DNA of 64,000 nucleotides, taken from contig SFJA01000001.1 in the NCBI GenBank assembly GCA_004556005.1, forward strand, positions 15,279-79,278, given 5' to 3'. A program made the position numbers and the translations under genes. The stretch comes from Bacteroidales bacterium (GTDB lineage Bacteria; Bacteroidota; Bacteroidia; Bacteroidales; UBA932). The notes beneath the pieces were generated by a model. The model worked only from the letters and a program-made list of their open reading frames with translations. It was not told the origin of the DNA and did not search any database. Shown piece by piece: positions 17,948-28,288 of this stretch (its first letter is position 1; the number at the start of each line of letters is the position of its first letter).

Positions 17948-20779
17948 CTATTCCACTTCGACTACCTTGTCCGCAGGTACATACCAAACCACACCGGACA
18001 CGTTCTTATAACCCATCAGGCGATAGAGCTGAATATAACGCTCTACCTGCCTGATGTATTTTTCTGACTCCTCTTCTCCGAACTTGTAGTCGATTACTAT
18101 GGTCTTACCGCCGGTCATCACTACTCGGTCAGGCCGGTTCTCACGCCCTCCAAGGTCAATGACCGAGGCCTCGTTGCGACCCCGAACGAACCACTGCGGA
18201 TGTGCACTGATGCGTGCAGAAAGCATTTCGAGCACATCCTTTCCCATTTCATCGTCCAGCATCCCGTCCGAAACCACTGCCTTTACCGCAGGCTCCAGAG
18301 TGTCCGGCGTCTGAACCAAGGACAGGATTTTGTGCAGGACAATTCCTCTGATCCTGCCCGATGCCCTGACACCAGTGCTCGAGTCTGGTCCGAAGAATTG
18401 TAACGCATCGGAGGAAGTCCTGAGTTTCCTGCCCCTTCCCGAGTTGGAAAAACAGCCCCTGACACCGTTGAAAGAGCTTGTTTTGCGCTCCAGCGTGCTG
18501 AAGTCATAAGGCTCGCCGCTTATCCATTCGTCGGCGTTGACAAAGGTGTAAAGCAACTGTGATACATCCTTCCAGTCATCCTTGTATCGGCCTTCCATTA
18601 CGGCCTGCGCAGGGGTCTTGGCAATTATGTGCATTTCATTGACTGCCCTGGTAAAAGCCACGTAGGCAAGGTTGATTCCGTCTATCGTCCTCTGGCTCAT
18701 CTCCTGTTCGTAGCTCTCCCTGAATCGGCTGCCTTTCAAGACTTTATCATATTTTACGGGATACAGGCCACCGTGATTCCTGAAAGCCCCCGTCTTTGCA
18801 TCGAGATATGCCCACTGCACGCTTCCGCTTTTGCCGGTAAGAGAAATCTTGTCGGCGTAAGGAATGATTACAAAAGGGAATTCCAGCCCCTTGGACTTGT
18901 GTATGGTCATTATCCTCACGGCATCCTGACTTTGCGGCGACTCTATCATACGAGGCTTTTCCTTCCAGAATGCAAGAAATTCCGGGAGCTTGTTGCCGTT
19001 TGTCGCACACCAGTCCTGAAGCTGGTCCATAAACGCCTCGACATACACTATGTGCTTTTCAAACAGCTTTTCATCCTGTTCCTTTATCTTCCCGAGCAGC
19101 AGGTCGCAAAGGTCAACGAGCGAATGGTAGGTGTCCGGAACGTCGATGCCCGTTTTTTTTAGTACATAGGCGCTGGTGCTGTTCTGCGGGTTGGCTATGC
19201 ATCCCAAAAGAGAAATGAGCCTGATGACCACAGATGAAGTGCTCATACAGAGAGAGTCGTCCGATATCACGGGGATGCCGTTTTCTATAAGAATTGCGGC
19301 GAGGGACGAGCCGTCAGAATTGTTCCTGGTCAGGATGGTTATGTCGCTGAAGCGGGCTCCTCTCGAAACGGCGTCCTGCACCGAAGAGAGCACGGCATTG
19401 CCCTGCTGGTCGTTGTCGGTAAACGAGACCCTCACGCAACCTTCCTGAGACTCCAGATGCCTGACCTTCTGCTGCAGTCCTTCGTATATCGAAGACGTGC
19501 CGGTCTTGCCAGATACAAATTCGAAGAACCTGTTGTTGAACCCGACTACCTTTTTGAGACTGCGCCAGTTGGAGTCCATTGTCTCGCAGACGGCTGCCGG
19601 GAACTGCCTCTGGACCTCCTTGCCGAGCAGGGTCCAGTCGGAGTCGCGGAAACGGTAGATGCTCTGCTTGACGTCGCCTACGATGAGGTTGCTGCCGCCC
19701 TTGGACTCGCTTTCCCGCAGCAGCGGAAGGAAGTTGGCCCACTGCACGGCCGAGGTGTCCTGGAATTCGTCCAGCAGGAAGTCATTGTACCTGACGCCGA
19801 GTTTTTCGTATATGAATGGGGCGTCGGTGTTGTCTATGATGCTTTTGAGTATGTCTGCGGAGTCATCCAGCGACAGGACGTTCTTTTCCGTGAGCAGCTC
19901 GTTGTAGTTTTTCAGAATCTCTCCGTACAGGCCGAGACTGTAGATGTTTGACCTTATGACTGAAGCAGTTATGTAATCCTCGCTCCCGTTGGTGACAAGT
20001 GAGACGAGTCCTGCGCAATCAGGACAGTTCATTACGCTCGCGGACAGGTCAGGCATCCTTTCGCCGTTTGAGAGTTTCTTTATTATGGAGTTGAGACTGC
20101 GCTTCACGGTGCCGTTGCTTACAGTCTCGATAGCGTTGTTTGCAGCCGCAAGACAATCAGCTTCAAATGTCTTGACTATGCTTGTGCAAAGATCGCGCAG
20201 TGTCTTGAGACTTGCGCGGTCAAATGTTGCCTTGTCGTCGAATTTGTGTTCTTCCTTGAGCCTGCGGAACTGCTCGCTTTTGACCAGACGGCCGGTTTCC
20301 TCGAGACTCTCGTCAATCTTGAACTTGCTTCCATCGGCAAGAGACTCCATCATTCGCTCGCGTATCCACTCCTTGAGATCCTTGTCCTGAGGCGTGATGC
20401 CGTCAAGCACCCTTTCGTATGCTTCGGTGATGAGCGAATCCTTGTCCAGCTCCACCTGATAAGCTGCGAACTGTCCAATCTCGTTTGAGAATGCCTTGAG
20501 AGCCTGCTGGAAGAATCGGTCTATGGTGCTGATACTGAATGCACTGTAGTCGTGAAGCATATTGACCAGCATTTTCCTTGCCTTCTCGTTGCCCTTGGCT
20601 TCAGCGGCGAGTTCCCTGAGTATCCTCTCCTTCATCTCGTCCGTTGCCTTGTTGGTAAACGTGACGGCAAGAATGTGCCTGTACGCGTAACTGTCATTGG
20701 ATGCGAGCAGGTTGTTCAGATATGTATGTGCCAGCGTGTAGGTCTTTCCCGAGCCGGCCGATGCCTTCAGAATCTTCAT
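17948..20779 (-). CDS. UvrD-type helicase/nuclease (AddA-like)
   Basis: ASAGSGKT, TFTNKA, DEFQDTS, VGDVKQSIYRFR, TIHKSKGLEF, YVAFTRA, C-terminal RPDR...IDYK nuclease. Confidence 0.9.
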   Translation of the reverse strand: MKILKASAGSGKTYTLAHTYLNNLLASNDSYAYRHILAVTFTNKATDEMKERILRELAAEAKGNEKARKMLVNMLHDYSAFSISTIDRFFQQALKAFSNEIGQFAAYQVELDKDSLITEAYERVLDGITPQDKDLKEWIRERMMESLADGSKFKIDESLEETGRLVKSEQFRRLKEEHKFDDKATFDRASLKTLRDLCTSIVKTFEADCLAAANNAIETVSNGTVKRSLNSIIKKLSNGERMPDLSASVMNCPDCAGLVSLVTNGSEDYITASVIRSNIYSLGLYGEILKNYNELLTEKNVLSLDDSADILKSIIDNTDAPFIYEKLGVRYNDFLLDEFQDTSAVQWANFLPLLRESESKGGSNLIVGDVKQSIYRFRDSDWTLLGKEVQRQFPAAVCETMDSNWRSLKKVVGFNNRFFEFVSGKTGTSSIYEGLQQKVRHLESQEGCVRVSFTDNDQQGNAVLSSVQDAVSRGARFSDITILTRNNSDGSSLAAILIENGIPVISDDSLCMSTSSVVIRLISLLGCIANPQNSTSAYVLKKTGIDVPDTYHSLVDLCDLLLGKIKEQDEKLFEKHIVYVEAFMDQLQDWCATNGNKLPEFLAFWKEKPRMIESPQSQDAVRIMTIHKSKGLEFPFVIIPYADKISLTGKSGSVQWAYLDAKTGAFRNHGGLYPVKYDKVLKGSRFRESYEQEMSQRTIDGINLAYVAFTRAVNEMHIIAKTPAQAVMEGRYKDDWKDVSQLLYTFVNADEWISGEPYDFSTLERKTSSFNGVRGCFSNSGRGRKLRTSSDALQFFGPDSSTGVRASGRIRGIVLHKILSLVQTPDTLEPAVKAVVSDGMLDDEMGKDVLEMLSARISAHPQWFVRGRNEASVIDLGGRENRPDRVVMTGGKTIVIDYKFGEEESEKYIRQVERYIQLYRLMGYKNVSGVVWYVPADKVVEVE

Positions 20780-20783
20780 AATA

Positions 20784-23630
20784 CTATAGTTTGCAGATGT
20801 CGGTAAACGGGCAATATTCGCAGTTTTTGGCTACTTCAGTGCGGGTCCAGTTCCTGTCCGTGTCGCTTATTTCGTCCAAAATCCCTTCCAGGATCTTGTC
20901 CATGCCTTCTATGAACGGCTTGCAGACCTCCACCGCTTCCACCTTGCCGGTAAACATGCCGTTGCATTGGTATATGGAGTTGTAGAGTATCTTCCCGGCA
21001 AAGCGCCCGTCCTCTAACAGCAGTTTGTCATAGATATATACCTGAAAGGCAACCTTGCGGCGTTTGCTGTCGTCCGGATTGGTGACGGCAGCAAGCACTT
21101 CCTCGTAATTGCCGTCGTCAATTTCCAGGTCAAGCTTGTCAACCTTGCCGGTCTTGTAGTCCGACACCCTGACACTTCCTTCAGAAAGGCTGTCAAGTCT
21201 GTCCAGTGTGCCTTTGAACCTGAATCCGTGGAACTGCATGTGCAGCTTGGTTTCAAGTCCAAGCAAAGTGATTTTTCCGTCTCCTACCAGCTCGATGTCG
21301 CGGTCCAGGGTCTTGAATACGTATTCGCAAATCATATCTTCAAATATGATGTTGCGTCCGCTTATCTCTACGCTCCGGAGCTCTTCCAGGATGAAGTGCT
21401 CGACTATCTTGCGTATCTTGTCCCTGTCTTTCCTGATACGGGACAATTCCGCTGCGTCCAGCTCCCTGTACCCGTCGTAGAGCTTCTGCATCGTCTTGTG
21501 GAACACGTTTCCGATAATCCTGGCATCCATTGTCTCGCTGACCTCCTCATCCTCGGAAAGCCCCTTGACGGTCTGGAAGTAGAATTTTGCAGGACAGCTC
21601 AGATATGCGGAAAGGGCCGTTGCCGAAAGCTCCTTACCCCTGATGACCTCGAGATCTTCCCCGGTCTTTATGATTGTTCCCGGCTGCGATTCCCCAATGT
21701 CGAGGGTCAGGGCATACTCATCCATCTTTATGCCGAAATGCATCTTCAGCTGCTTGATATAACGGCTTTCCTCACCGCCCCTGATGCCTGAGTGCCGCGA
21801 ATCGTACACCATCCACACATTCTCAGCCCTCTGTATGAGCCTGTAGAAGTAATATGCCCATACGGCATCCTGATACTCGTATGTCGGGAGCTCAAATCCC
21901 TTCCTGAGCTCTGCGGGTATGAATGAAGAACTTACGCTCTTCCTTGGGAACATGCCCTCGTTGCAGCTCAGTATGATGACGTTGCGGAAGTCCAACGCCC
22001 TCGTCTCCAGCGGGCCCATAACCTGCAGCCCGTTGAGCGGCTCGCCTTCGAAAGGCACCGAAATCCCCGCCAGCAGCCCCGCCAGCACCCGGAACCAGCA
22101 CTGTGCGCTGACCTCCAGCCTGCACGCGCCGAGACGTCCTATGGTCTTAAAGAATTCTTTACAGAAGTCAAGCTCCATTTCCATATCGGGGCACTCGTCC
22201 GCCTTGACCAGTTCAGCGACCCTTCCCGCAATTGCAGCGACAAGCTCGCTTTCGTATTTTTCAAGAGCTTGAGTAACTGTGGCATCGGAGAGTCCCGGGT
22301 CTGTGACTACCGGCTGGAAAAGCAGTTCGCAAATGCTGTCTCCCCTGAGTTCTTCTTCCGGGATGTAGTATTTCTTTCCGTTTCTGACCTTTTCCGCGAT
22401 TTTTTTGCCGTCATCGCTTAAAGCCTTGTTGACCAAAGGGTTGGAAAGCAGGGACCATACGCTCTTGTGATGGAAATACCATTTGCCTTCCCTGTTTCGA
22501 AGGTGCATCTGGAGCAGGGAGATATCGTTTGCAAGGTCCCACAAGGCGCTGCCTTTTATCGGATAACCCATGGTTACGTTGAGAGAAGAGACGCTTTCGG
22601 GAACAGAATTGAGCACAGGGAGCAGGAGGGTTTCATCTGCAAGCACGACCGCAGTCTCTATCCCTGCATTACCGTCCTTTATTCCCAACCTCTCGATAAG
22701 GTCGGGAAGCTGTTTTGCCTGTCCTGTCGCCGAGGCTACGCTGAGCGTGCTGAAGCGGGTTCTGGAGTCAGGACGGGTAAGCTCAAAATCCTGAGGAAAC
22801 TGCTCGACGTTCCTGCTCATAAAGAACGAAGACTTGTTGTCAGGGTCCTTTATCATATCGCTGCACCAGTCCCAGCAGAAGCGTGCGATACCGGCATTGC
22901 GCATCTTGCGCATCAGCTTTTTTTCACATTCGTTAAGTGCGTTGAGGCCAACGAAAACGAACTGAGCTGTTTCCGGAAAGGCTTCTTTGAGTATATCCAC
23001 AACAGATTCTGTATCAAGCCTTTCCGCGAGTTTTCTATATACCTTGCCCTCGTACGAGAGTTTCTTTTTGTCAAGCACGCTGCCAAAATTCCTGTAGAGC
23101 GGAAGCAGAAGGTTCCATATACGGTAGAACTTTGCCTTCGGAACCTCTCCCTGAGTGTCCTTGTCGTTGCGGAAATGTCCGATGAGCCTTTCTATCGCTT
23201 CTCTCTGAGTGTCGGTCAGGTATTCCATCCCGTCCTGCATCTTCTTGAACTCGGCGATGTTGGTGAATATCTTTGCCGGGTCGGCGAGGTACTTGTCCAC
23301 ATCGTCGAAGTCTCCGAGCAGTATGTCTCCCCAGAAGATAAAGTCGTCCAGACTCTCCGCTTTCTGGTTCAAAGCCTTGTACTGCCCGTAAAGCTCGACC
23401 AGCAATCTGGTGCGGTCCGTCTGAGAACTTTTGGTTGCCCGGTAAAAAAAGTCATTGATAGTCAATGCTTCAGGTGCGAGGATAGGCACAGTGCCCTTGC
23501 TGGCTGTTTCTTCCCCGAGATACTTGAGGAAAAAGGCCCTGGACCTGCGGTTAGGAAAGATGAAGCAGATATGCTCCACATCTCCTTCTGCAAAGTAATG
23601 TGAAGCAACTTCTTTGAGAAAAGGTATCAT
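20784..23630 (-). CDS. PD-(D/E)XK nuclease with Fe-S cysteines (AddB-like)
   Basis: FPNRRS, GLQVMGPLETRALDF, SCPAKFY, LDRLD...SDYKTG, CEYCPFTDIC. Confidence 0.88.
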   Translation of the reverse strand: MIPFLKEVASHYFAEGDVEHICFIFPNRRSRAFFLKYLGEETASKGTVPILAPEALTINDFFYRATKSSQTDRTRLLVELYGQYKALNQKAESLDDFIFWGDILLGDFDDVDKYLADPAKIFTNIAEFKKMQDGMEYLTDTQREAIERLIGHFRNDKDTQGEVPKAKFYRIWNLLLPLYRNFGSVLDKKKLSYEGKVYRKLAERLDTESVVDILKEAFPETAQFVFVGLNALNECEKKLMRKMRNAGIARFCWDWCSDMIKDPDNKSSFFMSRNVEQFPQDFELTRPDSRTRFSTLSVASATGQAKQLPDLIERLGIKDGNAGIETAVVLADETLLLPVLNSVPESVSSLNVTMGYPIKGSALWDLANDISLLQMHLRNREGKWYFHHKSVWSLLSNPLVNKALSDDGKKIAEKVRNGKKYYIPEEELRGDSICELLFQPVVTDPGLSDATVTQALEKYESELVAAIAGRVAELVKADECPDMEMELDFCKEFFKTIGRLGACRLEVSAQCWFRVLAGLLAGISVPFEGEPLNGLQVMGPLETRALDFRNVIILSCNEGMFPRKSVSSSFIPAELRKGFELPTYEYQDAVWAYYFYRLIQRAENVWMVYDSRHSGIRGGEESRYIKQLKMHFGIKMDEYALTLDIGESQPGTIIKTGEDLEVIRGKELSATALSAYLSCPAKFYFQTVKGLSEDEEVSETMDARIIGNVFHKTMQKLYDGYRELDAAELSRIRKDRDKIRKIVEHFILEELRSVEISGRNIIFEDMICEYVFKTLDRDIELVGDGKITLLGLETKLHMQFHGFRFKGTLDRLDSLSEGSVRVSDYKTGKVDKLDLEIDDGNYEEVLAAVTNPDDSKRRKVAFQVYIYDKLLLEDGRFAGKILYNSIYQCNGMFTGKVEAVEVCKPFIEGMDKILEGILDEISDTDRNWTRTEVAKNCEYCPFTDICKL

Positions 23631-23634
23631 AGTG

Positions 23635-24492
23635 TTATCTGTTGTCCGGAATGTCGATGCGGTATTCCTTGTTGTTCTTGTTAGTCAGTTTGTCATCCCG
23701 CAACCAGAGGTTGGCGGCCTTGAGTTTTGCATAGGTGGTGCCGTTCTGCTCCGCAAAGTCCACCAGACTTTCCACAGGTCCGGTGACCGTAATCGTGCGC
23801 AGTGGAGCGATGTAAGGATATCTCTCAGCTTCAGGAACATAGAATCCGAAAGACTCAGGGTCTTCAAAAAACATCTTGGCTGCAAGTATCCTGAACATAT
23901 ACCTTGAAGTTTCTTCCACCAGCCAGAGGTCAAGGGCGTTTTTCTGGTGTTGTTTTTCCAGTTTAGCACTGATTCCGTTCTGCCCTCCGTTATAGCTTGC
24001 CGCCGCGGTCATCCAGTTTCCGTATTTTTCATAGGCTTTTTTCAGGAAACGGCAAGCTGCCCTGGTTTCTTTTTCTATATGGTAGCGTTCATCCACACCG
24101 TCCCTGACTTCAAGCCCGTATTCGCGAGCTGTCGATGTCATAAACTGCCACAATCCGGCGGCACCTGCGCCTGAGAGAGCCTTGGGATTGAGGTTGCTTT
24201 CTATCGCCATAAGGTATTTCAGGTCATCAGGAATGCCCATCTCCCTGAGTATTGGCTCGACCATTGGGAAGTAGCGGGACGAACGCTTGAGCATCAGGGT
24301 TGAGTTGGTATGCATATAAGTAAATGTCACTAGCTCCCTGTCCATCCTTTCGTACATGTTCATGTCGTCAAATCTGATGGTCTCGCCGGCAAATACAATG
24401 CTGTCCGGCACCTTTGGCGGAGCCGCTTCAAGAGACGCTGCCAACCCGGCAAGGAAGGCGGCGCAGATGCAGATTCTCTTCAGTATGCTCAT
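23635..24492 (-). CDS. Lytic transglycosylase (SLT/MltD-like)
   Basis: LMAIES, SGAGAAGLWQFM, ASYNGG, EETSRY; ATG overlaps the upstream stop. Confidence 0.88.
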   Translation of the reverse strand: MSILKRICICAAFLAGLAASLEAAPPKVPDSIVFAGETIRFDDMNMYERMDRELVTFTYMHTNSTLMLKRSSRYFPMVEPILREMGIPDDLKYLMAIESNLNPKALSGAGAAGLWQFMTSTAREYGLEVRDGVDERYHIEKETRAACRFLKKAYEKYGNWMTAAASYNGGQNGISAKLEKQHQKNALDLWLVEETSRYMFRILAAKMFFEDPESFGFYVPEAERYPYIAPLRTITVTGPVESLVDFAEQNGTTYAKLKAANLWLRDDKLTNKNNKEYRIDIPDNR

Positions 24493-24995
24493 CTCAGGTC
24501 GTTGACTATCCAAATTGCCGGATCCAGCGCTCCGGTATCAAACGTAAAGCGGCTCATATCATCCCCGGGTTCACTTATCCTGATATTTTGCAGGCTCACT
24601 TCTACGGTGCTTCCGTCCCGTTTGACAACGCCCTTCAGCGAGTCCTTGCCGGAGCTGTAATTGACTATGTCCTTGAGGTATCCGCGGATTATGTTGCCCG
24701 CCTCTTCTCCTGGAGCCACATTTTCTATATATACTTCCTTTGCATTTTCATCAACCGTCCATCTGGTTGTTCCGTTACAGCAGACGGTCAGACCGTTGCC
24801 GCTTGTGCGGAATGCCTCTCCCTGGATGACGGCGTTGCCGCTGCCGTTTACCGGCAGTTCTCCCTTGATGGTGAAACTGTAGTCAAGGCACACGCAGTAA
24901 TCCCTGCATTTTTCAAGCAGGGCTTGCGGACTGGTCTGAGCCGCGGCAAGATGACAGAGAGCCACGGCGGCGATGATGCAGGTCAATTTTTTCAT
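24489..24995 (-). CDS. LolA-like outer-membrane lipoprotein carrier
   Basis: Signal peptide, CNGTTRWTVD...EVYI, C-terminal NDLR; downstream of ftsK as is usual for lolA. Confidence 0.7.
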   Translation of the reverse strand: MKKLTCIIAAVALCHLAAAQTSPQALLEKCRDYCVCLDYSFTIKGELPVNGSGNAVIQGEAFRTSGNGLTVCCNGTTRWTVDENAKEVYIENVAPGEEAGNIIRGYLKDIVNYSSGKDSLKGVVKRDGSTVEVSLQNIRISEPGDDMSRFTFDTGALDPAIWIVNDLR

Positions 24996-27592
24996 ATTCC
25001 AAGTTTGTCAAGAATCTGCTGCAAGGTATCAAGGTCGCCAACCAGTATCTGTCTAGGCTTGGAACCATCCTGAGGCCCGACTATCCCGGCCTTTTCCAGC
25101 TGGTCCATAACCCTTCCTGCCTTGGCATAGCCCATTCCGAGCCTGCGCTGGAGGTCCGAGGTGGAACCTCGCTGGGTCGTCACGACAAGTCTTGCAGCTT
25201 CTTCGAATCTCGCATCAATCGTGCCGATTTCGCCGCTTCCGCCACCTGACTCCGTTTCTTCGTTCTCCTCGATTGAAGGAAGATAGTACGGCGTAGAGTA
25301 GCATCTGCCGAATCCTTCCTGACTTCCTACAAAATCGTTGACCTTTTCTATCTCCTCAGGACTGATATATGCGCACTGTATGCGTTCCATATCGATTCCG
25401 GTGGACAGCAGCATATCTCCGCGTCCGATAAGCTTTTCGGCTCCCGGATTGTCCAATATTGTCATCGAGTCGGTCCTGGAAGCCACCCTGAACGCGATTC
25501 TCATAGGGAAGTTGCTCTTGATCAGTCCGCTGATCACATCAACGGAAGGTCTCTGGGTTGCCAGAATGACGTGCAGGCCGGCGGCACGGCCCTTTTGAGC
25601 AAGCCTGATGATGGAGTTTGTTATGCTCCTGCTTGCTGCCCTTGCTTCGGGGCTCGCTCCCGTGGACATGGTCAGGTCGGCGTATTCGTCAACAATGGTA
25701 ACGATGTAAGGGAGAAACCTGTGTCCGTTGTTCGGATTGAGCTTGCGGTTCCTGAATTTCTCGTTATAGCTCTTTATGTTGCTGACTCCGGACTTGGCGA
25801 TGAGCTCGTAACGCTCGTCCATCTCTATGCACAGTGACCTGAGTACCCTTTCGGCGTCCGGTGCCTTCTTGACTATGGCCTTGTTCTTTTCGTCCTCGTC
25901 ATCCGTCGCATCAGGCATCACGGCCAGATAATGGTGCAGGAGGTTTGAGTAGGATGCAAACTCGACGCTCTTCGGGTCAACGAACACGAACTTGAGCTCC
26001 GAAGGATGCTTGCTGTAAAGCAGCGAGTTGATGATGACGTTAAGACCCACGGACTTGCCCTGCTTGGTCGCACCTGCGATGAGCAGATGCGGGGCGTCGG
26101 CAAGGTCAAACACCTTGACTTCCTGGGTGATGGTATATCCAATCGCTACCGGAAGTTCGGCCTTGCTCTCGCGAAAATTCCTGTCGTTGAGCAGGGACTT
26201 GAGTGACACTATCGAAGACTTGTCGTTGGCTACCTCGATGCCCACGGAGTCGCTGAGAGTCACCACTCGCACACCCTTGGCGGCAAGCGAAATGCCTATG
26301 TCGTCCTGCAGCCTCTTAATCTGGGCTATCTGGACACCGGGGGCTGGATAAACCTTGTAGAGCGTGACGGTAGGACCCATAATTGCCGTTACGTCAACTA
26401 TATCTATCTTATAGTTCTTGAGTGTCGTCCTGATCTTGTTGTTGTTCCTCGAAAGTTCCTCGCTGCTTACCTCCACCTTGCCGCTGTTGTGCATTTCAAG
26501 CAGGTCGAGGGAAGGCATCTGGTAGCGCTGCAGACCACCGAACTGAGCGTCAAGCTTGTTGTCAATAGGCGGCAGGTCGCGGGTGACCTCCTGCGAAAGG
26601 TTGCCCGGAACGATCACTTCGCAGCCGAAAACTTCCTGACCGGCAGTGTCTCCGCCCTCGCCCGGAACGCCCTCTTCCTGAGTATTTGCGGGGTCGAATT
26701 GTTCCTTAATCTCGGCTCCTGTACCGGTAAACTGCTGCAGGTCAGTATGCTGGCTGGCGGCAGCATCCCGGGCAGCATCCCGGACAGCATCTTCTGCAGC
26801 ATCTTTTGTATCGCCCCCGTTTATGTCTCCGATAGCGTCCCCGGCAGCCTCACCGACCCGGCTGTCAACTGTCCCGAACCCGCTGTCCTCGTCTTCAGTG
26901 GCGGCGCCGCCGTTTATGGAGTCGCCCCTCTCGGCACGAATCCGGGCCCTGCGTTCCTCTGGTTCCTTGCTCTTTTTCGTTCCCAGCCGTGCAATCCATC
27001 TGTCAAAGGCCTTTGAACAGAAAAACAGCCAGCACAGTGTAATCACCAATATGAAGAGAAGGGTGGGAACCATTCCGAAACGCGTTGAGCACCAATCGCT
27101 TATCAATGCGCCTATATTGCCGCCCAGACCTCCTCCGAAGGCATTGTCAAGCCCTATGAGAGACCCGATGTATGCAAGAAGGAGCGAGGTGACAAACGCC
27201 CCGCTGACTGAAAGGATACAGATGCGCAGTACGGAACCCTTGCACTTATCGGCAACCAGTCTTGCCGAAAAGACAAACAGTATGAGTATCAGAGCATAGG
27301 CTCCGAGACCGAAGAGGTCGCAAATGAGGAATTTGCCTATGCGGGCGCCGAAAGAACCGGCGCTGTTGCCCACTTCCTCACCCAGCGCTTGCGCCCCGGC
27401 CTCGCTGATGACGCTGAAGTCCCTTTTCCAGTTGAACAGATATGAACTTGCAGCGAAAAGAAGGAATATGCCGCAAACGGCAAGGGCGATGCCCGCAATT
27501 CTTACGGCCGCCCTGCGTTCCTCATCATCCCAGCTTTCCCAGAATCTGAGTACGGGAATGTTCCTTATTTTTTCTTTCCGCTTCTGTTCCAT
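24992..27592 (-). CDS. ftsK: DNA translocase FtsK
   Basis: N-terminal TMs, PHLLIAGATKQGKS, IVDEYADL, ATQRPS, gamma domain STSDLQRRLGMGYAKAGR. Confidence 0.96.
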   Translation of the reverse strand: MEQKRKEKIRNIPVLRFWESWDDEERRAAVRIAGIALAVCGIFLLFAASSYLFNWKRDFSVISEAGAQALGEEVGNSAGSFGARIGKFLICDLFGLGAYALILILFVFSARLVADKCKGSVLRICILSVSGAFVTSLLLAYIGSLIGLDNAFGGGLGGNIGALISDWCSTRFGMVPTLLFILVITLCWLFFCSKAFDRWIARLGTKKSKEPEERRARIRAERGDSINGGAATEDEDSGFGTVDSRVGEAAGDAIGDINGGDTKDAAEDAVRDAARDAAASQHTDLQQFTGTGAEIKEQFDPANTQEEGVPGEGGDTAGQEVFGCEVIVPGNLSQEVTRDLPPIDNKLDAQFGGLQRYQMPSLDLLEMHNSGKVEVSSEELSRNNNKIRTTLKNYKIDIVDVTAIMGPTVTLYKVYPAPGVQIAQIKRLQDDIGISLAAKGVRVVTLSDSVGIEVANDKSSIVSLKSLLNDRNFRESKAELPVAIGYTITQEVKVFDLADAPHLLIAGATKQGKSVGLNVIINSLLYSKHPSELKFVFVDPKSVEFASYSNLLHHYLAVMPDATDDEDEKNKAIVKKAPDAERVLRSLCIEMDERYELIAKSGVSNIKSYNEKFRNRKLNPNNGHRFLPYIVTIVDEYADLTMSTGASPEARAASRSITNSIIRLAQKGRAAGLHVILATQRPSVDVISGLIKSNFPMRIAFRVASRTDSMTILDNPGAEKLIGRGDMLLSTGIDMERIQCAYISPEEIEKVNDFVGSQEGFGRCYSTPYYLPSIEENEETESGGGSGEIGTIDARFEEAARLVVTTQRGSTSDLQRRLGMGYAKAGRVMDQLEKAGIVGPQDGSKPRQILVGDLDTLQQILDKLGI
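26761..26808. repeat. 12-bp tandem repeat x4 in the FtsK linker
   Basis: CAGCATCCCGGG/CAGCATCCCGGA/CAGCATCTTCTG/CAGCATCTTTTG, encoding KDAAEDAVRDAARDAA. Confidence 0.75.
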
Positions 27593-28239
27593 CCGTTCTT
27601 GCGGTTGTTTCTGCCTTTGCCCTGCTGTCCTCCATTGATGCCTACAGATGGCCTGCTGAACGATGCGTCAGATGCTATCTTGTTGAGCATCAATCCTTCA
27701 GGAACCTTGAGCCTGTAGTCGGACAACTTCTCTATGTCGCTGAATATGGTTTCGTCAGCCACGCTGTCCTTATTCCATATTAGATACTGCTGACGCATGT
27801 AAATCGCCAGCGAGCGTATGGTTTCCGTCTTGATTTCGTCATCCGGCTGCTCGCACAGCAGGTTGATGATCTTTTCGATGTTGCGTCCGTAATGTGTTGC
27901 CCTGATGCGCTCTCCCTTCATTGGAACTGGTGCCGGTCTGGCGTCGAAACGGTCCTCGCGAGGAACCGGATAGGGCGAATCGACGTCGAGAGTGTATCCC
28001 GAGATGATGTGCAGGTGGTCCCACAGCTTCTGTTCGTAATTGTCCTGGTTGTGCACCTGGGGATTGAGCAGTTCCATAACCTTGACAACCGCAGCTGCCT
28101 GCCTGCTTCTCTCGTCCCTGTCTTCAATCTCGGACAGCTTCTCCACCATCTTGAGGATGTTGCGTCCGTACTCCGGCATTGCGAGTTTCTCCCGCTCCGT
28201 ATTGTATTCGAGTTTAATCGTTGTTCCGCTTTCTTCCAT
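27565..28239 (-). CDS. DUF4290-like conserved Bacteroidetes protein
   Basis: LEYNTER..L.MPEYGRNI, KLWDHL, HYGRNI, WNKDSV. Confidence 0.8.
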   Translation of the reverse strand: MEESGTTIKLEYNTEREKLAMPEYGRNILKMVEKLSEIEDRDERSRQAAAVVKVMELLNPQVHNQDNYEQKLWDHLHIISGYTLDVDSPYPVPREDRFDARPAPVPMKGERIRATHYGRNIEKIINLLCEQPDDEIKTETIRSLAIYMRQQYLIWNKDSVADETIFSDIEKLSDYRLKVPEGLMLNKIASDASFSRPSVGINGGQQGKGRNNRKNGWNRSGKKK

Positions 28240-28261
28240 ATGATACCTATATTTCAAAATA

Positions 28262-28282
28262 CAAAGATAATCATTATTTTTG
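28262..28282. promoter_or_regulatory. Back-to-back TAnnTTTG -7 boxes (divergent promoters)
   Basis: CAAAGATA (28262-28269, - strand TATCTTTG) and TATTTTTG (28275-28282). Confidence 0.7.
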
Positions 28283-28288
28283 TACTCT

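Noticed and set aside
17948..23630. Helicase plus Cas4-like nuclease as a defence system
   Set aside because: Size, motifs and pairing fit housekeeping AddAB-type repair genes in an ftsK-lolA operon
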